Shown here one piece after another: positions 1-13,600 of a stretch of 64,000 bases of DNA. Every line of letters begins with the position of its first letter. Position 1 is the stretch's first letter. The notes beneath the pieces are model-generated. The model was not told the DNA's origin. It did not search any database and worked only from the letters and a program-made list of their open reading frames with translations. The DNA is from Phoronis australis (lineage: Eukaryota > Animalia > Phoronida): the NCBI GenBank assembly GCA_002633005.1, contig NMRA01000051.1, positions 1,206,713 through 1,270,712 of the forward strand, given 5' to 3'. The translations under genes and the position numbers were made by a program.

Positions 1-1032
1 TTTACGTGGGCGGACCTACTGTCTCATCGACTTGTAGCTCCTCCGAGCAATACGTGTTGGACAATCACAGCAATGTCTGGATCTAAACAACCAGGAAATG
101 GATATAGACTGAACATTTCATGATTCCTAGTTTCAATTTAGACTGGAAACTGAAACACTGGTCATTATTTCAATTTTCATAATTTAATTTTAATAGAACC
201 ATGGAATATTTAATATTGTTAAAATTTCATTTTTCAATTTTAGGTTTCAATGTTCAATTTGAAAATGAAAACTAAACAAGAAACCTGTACATGAATCATT
301 TGAATCATTAGCATTAAATGAAACTGGTCTAAAACTGTTCCTTTAGCCAAACCTGAGGAATGATTTCAGGGCTTGAAAGGAGTTAACTGAGTTGGTTATT
401 GCTCGAGACCAGGCTCTACAAGCTGGCTGGTCATGGCACATCAGTTCATACACAGCACTGAGCATACTCTAAAGGAATAACCAACTGTCAGTTCTTTGCA
501 AACTCATCTGAGTAAGGAACATAAAGTGACCAATTTCATAGCCGTTAATGGCTTAAATCAAAAACTTGTTTCTTGGACAGAACGTGGGTTTAAACACAGT
601 TGAGTGTAATGCCGCAAATGTTAAAATTTTTACCAAATGTTCTTTGGTCAAGGTAACCCCTATACTGCACAATCTAGGATATATGGCAAAATATATCCAA
701 TTATAGACACACTCTACAATTTGGGACATTGGAGTTCAAGCTCAAATTGAATTTTCTTGATGCTGAAGATTGGTAAACAGTCGATTTTGGCAATCATCAC
801 ATTTCACAAATATCAGACATTGCTGCATTTCGTATCAATAGTCAAAAATAGCCACCGATGCTGCATTTTCATGCAATGTGTGACAAAAATGAGGTGCACA
901 CTTAAATAAGTTATTCGTGGAATGAGTTGTCGCTAAGTTTAGTAGGTGTGTGGCCGCTATTTGCCCTGAAGAAACTTGACATTTTCTCTAAAACAAAGCT
1001 ATGACTAACCTTTGAGCATTTGTATGATGAAG

Positions 1033-1106
1033 CATGGGCGGCGCACCATAGGGGGCTGGGGGGCGGGGGCTATAGCCCCACTTTTTTCAGTGCTGCGCCG
1101 CTCATG
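1033..1106. mobile_element. 74-bp MITE with TIR CATGGGCGGCGCA and 5-bp TSD TGAAG
   Basis: CATGGGCGGCGCA...TGCGCCGCTCATG flanked by TGAAG at 1028-1032 and 1107-1111. The same family recurs at 37846. Confidence 0.85.
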
Positions 1107-1721
1107 TGAAGTAAGCCTCTGAATGAAAAGTCATTTAGAAAAATAGCAATTATATTTTTGTCTCAAATTAAAGAATTAATACAGTCATTGCAAAAAGGTA
1201 ACCAAGGTATGCTACATTGGATCATTTCTACATGAATGTATAAAATGACAATAGAATATGCACTTACAGGTTACATGTTCTATAGCAATGAATGAAGAAG
1301 ATCATCCCATTAACGCTTATTTAACTATCTCCTGGGTGATTAAAATTGAATAGCCAGGACTGATAGCTTCCTTAGGTTGTTGCAACAACAAAGGACTGAT
1401 TGTCATCGACCTTTCATGCACTGGACTAATATTGTACTTCCGCTACTGATCAATGTAATTAGCGTACCCATTCTGCCAAGAGATCAGTTTAAGTAGCTAT
1501 GTACCTGCCTTCCATCGCAAAAACCAACTTTTGATTTGCATACTGCTTACTGTTATGAAATTAGCCTTGAATTGTTTCATAGTCAACTTGTATGTGATTT
1601 CAGGGCCAGTTCATTATAGCTGGAGTGTTATTTTATGCCCCTACCAGGTCTCAAGGAATAAGGCCAAAAAAGCATACCGGCAAGTTGGTTATGGCCTGTA
1701 TCCCGACTCGTTTTGAGACTT

Positions 1722-1876
1722 GGGTAGAGTTTAGTAACGCTAGGTCCTACGCTTGGACCTTGCTAAAAAGCAAGAATTCGCGAGATTACATGAGATGTTT
1801 TTGTGTATTTTAAATGAGAATGTACGGTTTTGGCTAAATTTTTCAAGTCGCCAGACAGCCACTGAACTCTACCCTG
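1722..1876. mobile_element. MITE with TIR (CA)GGGTAGAGTTCAGT; second copy at ~39615-39756
   Basis: gggtagagtttagt...actgaactctaccctg. Internal similarity (aaaagcaaga.ttcgc.agattac, gtattttaaatgagaa) to the 39.6-kb copy. Confidence 0.65.
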
Positions 1877-3180
1877 TGCACACAGATTAAAAAACAAAAA
1901 ACACCAGTCCGTATCAATTTCAGCCAAGGTCTGATGTCTGAAATACTATGATTTGCCAAGCGGTGAGAAAAACAAATCCCGGTGAGTAAAACAAATCCCG
2001 CATCATGTTTGCTCGTGTCAAGTGGTCTTTATTTTGTGCAACCGTGAGGAACTAACAAATGCCAATTTCCAAAAAAGCCAGAACCAATTATGCTGCTTAT
2101 GCCTAATGAGGTTTTCAGTTGCATGCAAACCTCAAAATCCTTTCTCATCCGAGTAAAGAGCAAGTTGGGACCAATTACATAGCGGTAAAGGCCCAAATCA
2201 AAGTTTGTTTCTTGATCCCATTGCAGGCTGCTTTAAACTAATACACTAATATCGGATAATGCCAACACGAGAATTAAAGTGAGCATCAAGAACAGCCCAA
2301 GACTGGTTGTTGTTGATAAATTGGAGCATTGGAATAGACACACAGAAGTGTTTTAAAACCACCAATTCCACATCAAAAACACTAAAAACCAACCCCAGCA
2401 GTTGATCAGCTATCGAATTAGAACATGGGCAAATAGTGTCTGACGATATGTTAATTAGCCGATCTCAATTTACGAGCATTTATTGGATGACAAATACTAC
2501 GTAGAATCGGTACAACCAATCACAGCACTAGTCATTCTCCACTGTGTTTAGTGTAAGATATTGCTGCTCGTTAGGTCTGGTTTATGGTATAATCAGTGTT
2601 ACGGACAGGTCAGGTGTCGCTGTCCATAATAATGCATTGTGGTATTTTAGATTTTTTTCAAATATTAGACATTTCACCACTACAAGTACTTCATTTAATT
2701 TATCTATCACATACGATAATTCAAAATAAACCTGCATCATGTTTTTGCAGCGCTATCTTGTGATGGACTCTTCTGACTACATCCACACTCTTCTTGTAAT
2801 AAAGTTAAGTTGTATGAAAAGGCCTTTACAAGGAGCTAAAATCAATTTGGATTATGGAACTGTAAATGGAATTACCGTAGGGTATTGGTAAGCAGGTGAT
2901 CAAACTAAATTGGTTGTAAACAAAACGAAAAAGACACACATCAATGATGATGAAGTCTCTGGCCACAAATGTCAAGCAAAATTTGGTTAATTATTAAACT
3001 TGTTTGACACCATATATGCACAACACAGCATGGTATCAATAGCAAAACAAGAAAGCCAAGAAGTTCACAGTCAAAACACAAACGAAGGATGAATTCGTTA
3101 GCGCCTTTCTAAGAATTCATAACAGGTGGAGGTATAAGACACGAAATAACATCTAAAAGCATTCAGACTTTTTTCCATGC

Positions 3181-3395
3181 AATAATATGTCTGACAGTGA
3201 CATGTATAATACGGTAAGGTAAGCCCGTATTACAATAATATGTCTGACAGTGACATGTATAATATGGTAAGGTAAGCCCGTATTACAATAATGTGTCTGA
3301 CAGTGACACGTATAACATGGTAAGGTAAGCCCGTATTACAATAATATGTCTGACAGTGACATGTATAATATGGTAAGGTAAGCCCGTATTACAAT
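3181..3395. repeat. 53-bp minisatellite, 4 near-identical copies
   Basis: Unit aataatatgtctgacagtgacatgtataatatggtaaggtaagcccgtattac starts at 3181, 3234, 3287 and 3340. Confidence 0.95.
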
Positions 3396-4364
3396 TCAGA
3401 CTTGACAACCAACTGCTCTCATGACTCCATAACCATTTAAGCCAATAATAAAAATTAAGTTCCGGGTTTGAATTTAGCAAAATCTACCAGACAAAATGCC
3501 CCTGGTATTGATAACTTTACTTGTAGACTTTGAACATCTTGAAAAATATGCTTCTGACTTTAAAACATAAACCTTAAGCCTGTATTTCACCCAGCACATG
3601 TAAGCATTCCCAGTGACTTAGGTAAGTTGCCAACTTATTTGGCAATAACTCAAAGTTAGATGAGCGTGACAAAGTATTAAAATCGCAGAGCGCTTGCATA
3701 ATTCAACATTGACAGCTAAACAGGAGTGAAATGCAGCTTTGTATGAGTGAACGTCAGAACACAACCAGGTAAAAACCTGGCTATTAATGCGAAGTTTACT
3801 TTCCGTTCGACAATTTAAACTAAACTTGAAGTCACTTCACGTAAATGTAACGGGCTCGACAGTGGGCAAGTTTTTGTAACTCTGACACTATCAAAATGAC
3901 CTACCTCTCCCTTGTCCGTTTAGAAATACAAGCTAAACAAAGTCACTTACATAACTTTAAAACCTGCTACTAACAAAGAATTCAGCGGCCCGTTTTCAAA
4001 ACATAACGCTTAAAACACTTGCATCCATCATTAGCTAAATTTTTTGATTTTATAAAATGGCATCTTTTTAGAGATGGCAACAACTTCGAAGAAACACAAT
4101 TTGCTTAGAATGTTTTCAACAAAAACCTCAAAACCACTAAAGAAGTGGTGCCACTTCTGATAATTTGTTGAGAATTGTACGAAAACTTGAGAAAAAGAAC
4201 AGTGGATTGAAGAATCGAGGGAAACAGAAACTGTCCTACAGATGCAGTTTTATTTCACGGTGTTCAAAGTTGATACACATGATCATTCTAACACTTAACC
4301 TGGAATAGCATTGTTTATGCGCTGGTAACCATGTTAGCTTGCTCAAGGAAGAGTGAGAGTGAGG

Positions 4365-4590
4365 AGCCAGTGTGGCTTGGTGGTTTGAGATCTAGGCTCC
4401 TGTTTGGGAGACCTGGGTTCCAGTCCTGGCTTCATTGGCAGACAATTGAGCATTGCACAACAGTGTCTCCTCCTCTGAGCTCGGTCTTACAAGTGAACTT
4501 GGATATAATGTGGAAGCAATTTCTGGGGCTGTGCACATATCACATATTAAGAAAAGGAAGAGTATAATGCTAGTTTTAAGCGACATAAAT
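4365..4590 (+). mobile_element. tRNA-derived SINE (degenerate)
   Basis: Pol III A-box-like TGGCTTGGTGG and B-box-like GGTTCCAGTCC at tRNA spacing, followed by a non-tRNA body. No intact cloverleaf. Confidence 0.55.
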
Positions 4591-6890
4591 GTTTGTGTCA
4601 GATTTCACATTTCAAATCCAGTACCTATACTGCTTAATGCACCACAGTTTGCCTAAACAGCATCACAACACATAGCTTTCTGATAGTCTGCAGAAGTAAC
4701 CAGACATCTGTCCCCGTCAGTTATCATTTTGATGCCAAAAGAACCTCAATTATGTCACAAGACTGCCTAAAACTGTAGCCTCAGCTGTTTGCTGTACAGA
4801 TGATGAAGCAGTAACATGTATGCTGCATACGGTATGCCTCAGGCCTGATGTGAAGCCAAGGTCACTAATAGCCATTACGATTTGGGCAAAAAATATGAAA
4901 ATTCAGAAGGGCAAGTAAGCGCAGCACTACACGGAAAAACACAAGAGACATTAGAGAAGCCACATGGACAGGGTTAGACACACAGGGGGAGGAGAGCCTT
5001 ATTGTTCCTGCGCTGATTCTTGCCCATATTTTGGACAAAAATATTAGCAAAAATCCTTTTTCCTGTGTGCCATTTTGAAAATAATGGTAATAGCAGCAGT
5101 ATCATTTTGTTCTGAATCAAAACAATGATATCCTCAGACAATATTTTCAAAAATTGTGGGCATCCCCATCAGTATTAGAAGATCCTGAAAAATGAAAAGA
5201 GGCAATTATTTTCGCAATTATTTTTATCCCATGAAATTGATGAGAATTTACCTCAGCAAAATCCAGGAGCAGTTTCTAAATCGTTCAATGTTATGTAATT
5301 TTATGTAACATATGTAGCTGAAACTTAACATTCATTTCAAAATGATAGCCAATGACATGTTTTTAAGTTAAATCAATAACTATCAAAAAACACTAAGATG
5401 GGCCAAAAAAAATAATAATGGCACCCAGTGTGAGGCATTCATATATACAAAGGATCGATGGTGCCTGTGAGAGATACGTTTGACTAGAGATATTTCCTTG
5501 AAAAAACGCTTTCTTTCAGATGTAGGTACATCGTTCAGAATATGGCATAAAATTTAAAAAGTACTAGCTGTTACCTGTGCTTAAGAACGCATAGCAGCAG
5601 CTAGTACCGGTATATGGAGGTGAAATAGCTACACCTTTAAGTGAACATTAGTGTTCATTGCAAGAAACAGGAATATTTCTTGAAGTGACCGTTTATTTCA
5701 AAGCTTCAATCAGAATTTCTGACACTGAAAAATCTAATAAATGTGATTTTTGAATTATTCTCAGACTCTAGTAACAAAGAAAGTCCTGTTGTTTTGAAAA
5801 TAATGCCCTCGTGACGCGCATTTCGCAGCAAATTTGGGTTTGCTGATAATAAAATACTAAGAACTTGTAACAAAATGAAACCAGTTCCGAATAAGAGAAG
5901 AACAGTGATGATTGAAGAACCAGGAAATTGGCCAATAGGTGACGCAATGGCACCGAAAGTCGACCCAAAAGAGCCTACCACTGTTTTAACAGCAAAATAA
6001 CGGTTGAACGCCAATTTTTCCAACATCGCTAAATAATAAAGTTTAGTTTTTAATGACATCATTAGCTTTGGCGGCGACAGGTCCGAAGAAGTATATACAC
6101 GACGGAAGCCGGTGGGAGTGACATTAAGCTAACGAACTGACGTCACCCACGCCATTGAGCCGACAAACTACTGTCACCAAGGCCAGTACGAAACTGGCCA
6201 CCCTCCCTCCACGTCTGCAAAAATCAGCCAGCAAGAAAAAATTAGAACACTTCGAATCCAAATAGGGTGCTGGTGCACTACCTGGGAGTAAGGCGGTGCT
6301 GAAACGGGCGGAACGGTCTGTAGTGGAGCGGAGTAGACAGAGTTTGTGCGAATGATACATTTTATATAATAGAAGACAGCAGAGTAGACCATCAGCTAGG
6401 ATCTGTTAAATACTTCTTGATCTATGGATAGATCAGTTTTTCCACTTGAGATGCATTAAGGATATTGCCAATTTCCTAAAACTGCTGTTATCATTGAGAG
6501 CCCATTTATTGCATAATTAGCTGGATCATTTATCATACAAGACAATAGACAAAATTCACAAGGTCATACACTCTAAACTCTTGAGGCTATGAATAAATGA
6601 ACACCTGACACAAGTGTGTGGAGTGCATTTCAGTGGATGCCTATTACGGGAAATTATGGAGAAAGCCTATGGTGTTAAAAATACTCTAATTTGAGACAAT
6701 GAAAATTTTTTTAAAAATTTTGAATTGAAATTATTTTGGTCAAGGTTGGAGCTTGTTGCAAATTCTAGAAATAGGCAATATCAGCAGTCCCAAATTCAAG
6801 ATTGACCAGAAAAACGGAAAAATTACCCACTCAGTAGATTGAAAACATCATCCAAAATTTTGGAAATATGGTGAATGCCAAAATCGCCAT

Positions 6891-7003
6891 TGTCCCAAAT
6901 TCCAGAATGAAGAAAATCCAATCTCTGCAGGAATTTTTTTGTGTCCCAAATTCCAGAATGAAGAAAATCCAATCTCTGCAGGAATTTTTTTGTGTCCCAA
7001 ATT
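6891..7003. repeat. 51-bp perfect tandem duplication
   Basis: tgtcccaaattccagaatgaagaaaatccaatctctgcaggaatttttttg occurs about 2.2 times. Confidence 0.9.
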
Positions 7004-8617
7004 GAAGATTTTTATTCCGTTTTCACAGAATTACATTACCAAAGCTTTTAAAAACATCCTAAAGGAGCTCTAAGCCAGCTTACTGTAACCAACTGACTTC
7101 AGATTTTGGACACTTACTAAGAGAGGGATTCCTGGGCTTAAGAACAACTAGCAGTTTGTTGTGGCATGAGATCAGGCTCGATGAACTGGCCTAAGTTACA
7201 ACCTGTCATTTTATGCAGCAAGCATGTTCTCCAACATTATCAAACTGTCAGGTCATCAGTAGTCTCAAAGTCATTCACCATCTGATTAAGGTATAAGAAT
7301 GAGACCCTTTTCGAGCAGAAAGTGATCCACATTAAAAATTAGTTTCTTGTCTGCTATTAATGTGGGTTTCTAGCGGGTTTAACCATCCAATCCTTGTTAC
7401 GCCACCTACTAATGCATTACTGGGTCAAGTGGTTTTGAAGTCCCACCAATGTGTTGATTACCCATTTGACTGTTGCTATCGCCAACCTTTTTAGTAGTCT
7501 CTATTCTAACTTGTATATCAAAAAAACTAAGCTTTGTCGACTAGGAGAGGAAAAAGATTAGGGAATATGAAAATACTTTTTGTATTAATGTACCATTATT
7601 ATTTTTACGTAAAAACCTTTTTAAGTCAAAATTTTATTTTTAAGAAAGGTATATTCATAGCAAAATAACCCATCGGTCGATTTTAATGAAACATTTTTTA
7701 AATGAAAACTTCACCAGTTACCTTAAAAATACTGTTATGAATTTTCATTAGTCTTTTTGTTTGGTTTCTATGACAAATCAACTGGCAAAACGTAAGGTAT
7801 CTTTGTAAAAAACAGAAGTTGTATTCGTCTTTGTTACATTACATAAAAATAGGCCTTTATATCGAAATTCCTAACAGCATTTTTGAGATTGATGACTAAA
7901 TATTAAATTTGGAAAGTTTCAGCGAAATCCACCAAGCCCTTTTCGAGAACTCGTGCTCCTAAAGTTCAAATGAAGTTGATTTGCCGAAGTCGAGAAAAAG
8001 CCGATTAAACTGGGACAGGTGAAAATCTCAAAGTCTTCACTTAATTATTCAGTAAAAGCTTGTTTTTGGTACACATAACCATAACTTCAACATTACAGTT
8101 ACAAACCAACAAAATTTTGAGAAATTGTGAGCATTCACAACAATGTTGAGAGCTTTTGAAAAATTATCAGTTTTGACAATTTTGTCCAAAATTGGCAGGA
8201 TTTTACTATCCAGATATTATCTTTTTGCAGAGGTGTCGATATATCCAAAATATAGTTGATGGAATTTAATGATCACTTTCCCCCCCCATCACATGCAAGC
8301 TGATCAGTGGACATTACATCCTCTGTGATAAGCACATGACAAGAACACGTTAAAAACGTGCGAGTATGGTTAAATCTCAACAATTTTGGACACCAAATGA
8401 AATTTTAACTTCTTTCTTAAAAGACAAAAACAACATACTATTATACCATTTTAGATGTCTATATTATGGCAACAACCAGAAAACTATTTTCCACAAATGT
8501 TAGCTTTTGAAAAATGAAAAAGACCAATTTGGGTAATTATTTTTGTCTGAATTTGATGATATTTCACAGCAACTAGTAAGAGGATAAATGACAAATTGCT
8601 TCGAAAACTTTTGTATA

Positions 8618-8756
8618 GTTACATAGCCCTGTTCTAGCCCTTGTTACATAAACCTGGTTTAGCTCTTGTTACATGGCCCTGGTCTAGCCATCGTTACATA
8701 GCGCTGTCCTAGCCCTTGTTACATAGCCCTGTCCTAGACTAGTCTAGCCCTTGTTA
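8618..8756. repeat. ~25-bp minisatellite, about 5 degenerate copies
   Basis: Repeats of gttacatagccctgt(t/c)ctagccctt. Confidence 0.85.
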
Positions 8757-9814
8757 ATGTTATACAGTTAGAAACTTCTTCTTTCATCACTGCAATGATA
8801 AAAAACTTTTTCCGACAAGCATTAAGATAGATGACAAGAGCAAGATATAATTTTAGTATGATAAAGCCTCCCAAAAAAACGAACTGCGAGAAAACAATAA
8901 TAAAAACAGGATAACCTTATATAAAGAAATGATGAATACCAAAAAATGTTGGGTACAGTTGAGCACAATACACAATATTGGATTACTTAAACATTACACA
9001 AAAAATCAGTTGAGTGCCAAGGGAGACAGAGAACAGTTTCACAAAAAGCTACGAAACATTTTAGTTCTAAATTTAGAAAGACACCTGTGGTATTCTTAGC
9101 AGGCTTGGGGCAATTATGCTGCTATTTCCTGTGTTTCATCTTTAAAGTTCACATGTTGTCATGGTACATAAACAAGATCTCCATTTGGTTTTATTGCTGC
9201 AACAAACAATAGAGAAAAGAAACTAACAGAAACTCACTGTAAAGTGTAAAAATGTTTCTGAAACAAAGTAGGCATTTTAAAGCAAAATCCTAACTGCATT
9301 TTTGAGACATATAACTTAAAGTTTTCATTCAAAAAAAGTTTCAGTAAAATTGGCTAGGGGGTTATTTTTCCTGCACATGACAATTTGATTGAAAAAAACG
9401 CAGTCACATGACAATAATAAGGACACTGTAACAAGAAGCATATTTTTAGATTCCTTGATCTTTCTCCTTTAAGAAAATGTATACCCTTGTATCGGTTGAC
9501 AAAGCATAGTTTTTTCGATGTTTGACTAAGAGTTGAAGTCATAATACTAAGGTCCTAGAAAACTTTTAGAAATAATTAACTGTCACTTTTTTCCAAGCCC
9601 AGAATATGGAACAATTTGAGACGTAACGGGGGTGCATGGGCATTCATTATCTAAATCTAAAGTTGATTTGGGAGCCCTATTTAAACTTTACAGTCTACAT
9701 TCAGTGGTCTCAGTGTAAATTTACCTGCTGTGTAGAACAAGTCGGACAGGGATCCTGTCTACTCTGCACGACAAGCATAGGTGAAAAAATCTATTTCAAT
9801 TTCATTAGACCTAC

Positions 9815-9866
9815 CTTCACCAGATCCATCAAATTCACATCTGCGAGTCGAGTGACCAGTCCCCAT
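9815..9866 (-). CDS. STK32: First coding exon of an STK32/YANK-family Ser/Thr kinase (remaining exons presumably left of the window)
   Basis: Minus strand reads ATG GGG ACT GGT CAC ... = MGTGHSTRRCEFDGSGE+G, followed by donor gtaggt. It is a 52-nt phase-1 exon with an N-myristoylation-type MG-x-x-x-S start, resembling STK32A/B exon 1 (MGGNHSHKPPVFDENEE-V). It lies head-to-head with LRRC27 as in vertebrates. I did not find the NFDHF..IGKGSFGK exon inside the window. Confidence 0.75.
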
Positions 9867-10616
9867 ATTGACAACTATCGGATTAGCATGAGGTTTGCAA
9901 CAATTTCCGTGCACTCTTCGAAGTTATCCAGTCAATGCAGATAATGTTTGAAATCTTTGGCAGTAGGCCTACTGGTGACAACTGAGCTTCGCCGGGGACT
10001 GGTCTTTTCAGGTCAAATTATTTATCATCATCATTTCAGTCCAACATCAAAATCATTCAAATGATTGTATTTTGCTTGACTGAAATGCAGCAGATAGGCT
10101 GCAGCTCCTGGACCTAGGACCAACTACTCGCATGAAATCATTTTCCCCTATTCAAAACTAACTTTCCGCAGCGTAGCTCACAACTGACAGCAAGAATCTC
10201 TCAACGTAAACTGAAAACAGCTGGTCAAAAGTTCACGATGTGTGCACTGGTAGTGACACCAGGAGGCAAACAAAGGAAGCAAACCAGCTAAAATTTCAAA
10301 TTAGTCATAAGCCACATAATAACTTTGTTTATAGCATTTAAAATAATTATTAACCAATAATGTTAATTTTTAATACAGTATCTATTATACATGGGATTTT
10401 TGCGGTCAAAATAAAAAACTTTTATATCACGTGACCGGATCGTCATGGTGATTTGTTTTGGTCGTCCATATTGGGATTATGAACGATATAATTAGGCCTA
10501 TTGGTGATTTGATGTTTTCAAGTTTTGTTGCGCGTGATGCTTGAAAACTCCAACCTTTTGTGTATTTCCATTAAGTTATAGCGTATCGTGTTTGTAAACG
10601 GCTGTTATATGTTAAA
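9867..10616. promoter_or_regulatory. Shared bidirectional promoter/5'UTR region of STK32 and LRRC27
   Basis: Only 750 bp separate the divergent ATGs. It contains a palindromic E-box (TCACGTGAC, ~10427-10435), ATTGG (CCAAT) motifs near 10470 and 10500, and locally raised CpG. Confidence 0.6.
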
Positions 10617-13600
10617 ATGACTGCACAATACGCTAAACTTTATCCCGATTTTCACACCATGAACGGAGTCGGGGATGGACGAATCCGTGTTCCGCCTTTG
10701 AACGGAAGTGAACAAGAAACCGGCGACCAGACTCCTGAATTGCGCACAATGTCTGCTGCTAATCAAGATACTGTGGCCAGATTGATACGAGAAGCAGTGT
10801 TACTAGGCTCAAATACTCTTGATCTTAGCAATAAAATGTTGAGCTCTATTCCTGAAGAAGTTATGAAAATGTCAAATTTAGAGGTATTAATCGGAAGCAT
10901 TTACTACTGTTGGGTAATAATTGCGGAGAAGGGTCCCGCATTTTGAGAACCACTTTTCACCACTGAAAAACGGGTAAAAAACTGGTTCTCAAAATCTGGG
11001 AAGCCTGTAAGTGACTATTGCCAACTTGTTTTAGTTTGTTGTGCTGCGTTGTCGACATTGTACCGTATGGAGTGGTCTAGACAGACAGTTGCATTTGTTT
11101 TTGTAATGATAGGTACTTATGTCCGTTTCAAGCAAGAACTGTTTTTGCAAGGTTCCCCTAGTTATGTTATGATAAATTTCAAAGTTTAAAAATGCGAAAC
11201 AAGAGCTCTTACTATACATGACCAAAAATATCCATGAAGATATTGACAACTGAAAAATGGTAGAAGTGTCACTCTTTCTATAATCATTTTTTGTAAAACT
11301 CTGCAAATTCATTATTTCTCAACCAAATTAGTTAAAATAACACCATTGGAAAGCTTCACATCTACTATTTTTATTGCTGTAAAGTAGATAAAAATTAGCG
11401 TAATGTAATTAAAAGTAATTAAGTAACGAAATGGTGTTTTCTATAATTTTCATCAAATGTAACAAAGACCTTTCGAACACTGCAAACTGTGTGTCAAAAG
11501 TTGGGACCACTACAAATTTACCTAAGTGACCTCATCCCAAAGTGTGTGTTGTGTTCTTACTCTGTGTCGATTTTGTACTAATCATATCAATTATAGCAGA
11601 ACTACACTTAATTTACATCAGCTGAGCATATCCATATTATTTTTACAACAGAAGTATAGCATTCAGCCACTTGTCTCAGCACCATGAACGCATGGCAAGG
11701 GAGAGTTTTTATGTACTTCCGTAGCATTCTCAGTCATTTTTTTCTCGTTCATCTCGAGACTAAATGTCAGTCCCCTACGAACTTTTAAATTTATTGAACC
11801 TGATTGCTTAAAACATGATTACACAGTATCACTTCACCTTGTGTGCTTCTTCATTTCAGTACCTTTACCTGGAGGGAAACTGCCTGTCAAGTTTGCCAGA
11901 TAACTTCTTTGATTGCTTACCCAACCTCAAGTGGTTAGACCTACGACACAACTACATAGCCAGCCTGCCGACAGTATACATTGCTCGTCACAGGAATCTG
12001 CACAACTTACTTCTGGAGTCCAACCAACTCAAGAGTTTGCCACTGGAATTAGGTAGGACACGTGTGACCCATGCTGTTGCCTCGTGAAATTAAGAGAACA
12101 ACACGTAGGATTCAATAGGCTGGGATCTGTCAAACACTTCATAATAGGAACCTCGATGCCTCAATTTCAGGACTGATTTGTTGCCTGATTCCCCTCTAAA
12201 AAGATTTGAAGGTCACGGTTAACTCCCCTCACCAGGCTCAAAAATGCTCCAGACATGTGAATCACTTTAAACTCTCGCAGAACTAACATTATTATTTGAT
12301 AAATCCACCCATCGCAGTTTAGTGCATGTAAGTAAATGACTGATCACATGACATTCACCAAGGAGTCATTCATATCTCGATTCACTACTTGACATCCCTA
12401 CTAGTTAGACTGGTCCAGTTCCAAAAAACACAAGTACTGATGGTTGAGGGTAGTTGTCTTGTCTATAGCAGTGTATGAAGCAATGCGACCAAGAATACAT
12501 GAGTCCTCGCTACTTTACGGAATCGCGAGATACCTTGAGCTGGATTTAGCTGTGTGGTTGGTTATTTTACTAGAACATGTAATTGATACAATCTTTATTG
12601 TAAAACGACCCCTATTTTTGGATTAAGTGGGGGCGTTTGTCCCGTTATCTAAAATCTTGACATTTTATAGCTGACCTATTTTTCTCCATATTCTGTGCCA
12701 AATGTCAATATCACATGACATTTTGTGCCTGACCTATATTTTCCATGTTTGCCAAAGGAGCACTCTACTCACCCAATAAGGGAATTGTACACAAAGTTGA
12801 AATATTTTGAGGCTTTTATTTCATGAAAAATCAGTATTGAATACATATCCAACATTAGACACAAGATTTTTTTCTTGTGAAATTTGCACTGCAACATGAA
12901 CGTATATCTTCTCGTGGTAGTTTTTTTCATGTGAAATCTTTTAATCATTCAAGTTTCAAAAGTTTGAACAGGGCACACAAATGGAGGGAATTTGCCCTTA
13001 AGATTTATTTTGTTTGTATCTTCAACAACTTTGATGACATTCACATGGCAGGTCAGTGATGCGAGTTACCTTCATTTTCTACTCGTATTTTACTTTTTCC
13101 ACTGTCTCGTTCGAGCGTTTACTCTCTTATGTTGAGCCCTGTAAAAATCTATTAAGACTTAAGTCAACTTGATACTCATGAAACGATCTTTTGCAAATTT
13201 TTATCTTCGTCCTTTGCTCGAATTTTGGTCTTATGGTAGACAAATCTTTGGTCACGAATCTTTGTGAAATGAGCCCCTCTACATGGAGCATTAGCTAGAT
13301 ATTTCAATCTGTAAGTTTTTGCATTTGTTCTTAACTGAATAATTGTTACCGTAGCTACGTCATATGTCCATTTTACCAGTTAAATTCGCTCCGCTACAGG
13401 CATGATTCCGACGCTCCAGGGCTTGAATATTGCCAGCAATCCCATAGAATTTCCTCCCAATGAAATTCTGGAACAAGGCACCAAAGAAGTGTTGAGGTTT
13501 CTCAGGGAGATGCTCATTTCAAAAAGCCAGGGCCACTTGCCAGCAGGTATGTCCTATTTACTAGTGGTTGGCTGGTGTTCGATTGTATCTGAAAAGTGAT

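Noticed and set aside
4365-4435. tRNA gene
   Set aside because: A and B boxes are present but there is no intact cloverleaf, and a SINE-like body follows.
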